Of a stretch of DNA of 64,000 bases, positions 64,000 to 64,000 are shown piece after piece. A model generated the notes under the pieces. It had not been told where the DNA came from and searched no databases. It saw only the letters and a program-made list of their open reading frames with translations. The number at the start of each line of letters is the position of its first letter. Within the stretch, counting starts at the first letter, position 1. The translations under genes and the position numbers were made by a program. This DNA comes from Actinomycetota bacterium. GTDB lineage: Bacteria > Actinomycetota > UBA4738 > JBBDHU01. The stretch lies in NCBI GenBank assembly GCA_040880705.1, contig JBBDHU010000001.1:315573-379572 (forward strand), read 5' to 3'.

Positions 64000-64000
64000 A

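Overview
High-GC, actinobacterial-type chromosomal segment, densely coded on both strands, with about 55 supportable protein-coding genes. I found no rRNA, tRNA, CRISPR array, IS element, integrase or prophage module by eye. GTG/TTG starts and 4-bp stop/start overlaps (ATGA/GTGA) are frequent, and several lipoproteins carry Tat signals. Coordinates were derived by hand from the ORF track frames and may be off by 1-2 nt for small features.

Two themes share the window.

(1) A paralog-rich accessory region that looks like amine / quaternary-amine / polyamine catabolism:
- five paralogous cytoplasmic CrtI/COG1233 (amine-oxidase-fold) flavoproteins: 2228-3850, 3877-5502, 12589-14211, 16568-18184, 52852-54456
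- three standalone GcvT-family aminomethyltransferases: 15417-16565, 54467-55648, 55659-56834
- three PotD/PotF-like Tat lipoprotein binding proteins: 1-398 (partial), 704-2044, 9899-11185
- a Rieske oxygenase, two class-III aminotransferases (one fused to an APH-like kinase), a DAO-family flavoprotein, a PLP dehydratase, an ADP-forming acyl-CoA synthetase and an acyl-CoA dehydrogenase
- choline dehydrogenase BetA, and a ProVWX-type glycine-betaine ABC transporter with a duplicated fused permease
- two paralogous orphan histidine kinases, an ECF sigma/anti-sigma pair, and Lrp and ArsR regulators

The repeated tight pairing of a CrtI-like flavoprotein with a GcvT-like protein is the most interesting signal. 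I propose it as a possibly undescribed split flavin-oxidase plus THF-aminomethyltransferase N-demethylation module; this is inference, not established.

(2) A core branched-chain amino-acid biosynthesis block: ilvD-thrC, ilvB-ilvN-ilvC, leuA-leuB-cimA. Two sequence-evident attenuators precede ilvB and leuA. Both have a sigma70-like promoter (TTGAC(C/A), 16-17 nt spacer, TAAACT), a short leader peptide starting MQ and ending in LVLI / LLLI codons, and a GC hairpin plus T-run terminator.

Smaller items: ArsR operator palindromes; a histidine-kinase C-terminal remnant; an ECF sigma gene whose conserved N-terminus lacks a canonical start codon; and a DUF4143 AAA ATPase on the opposite strand between ilvBNC and leuA.
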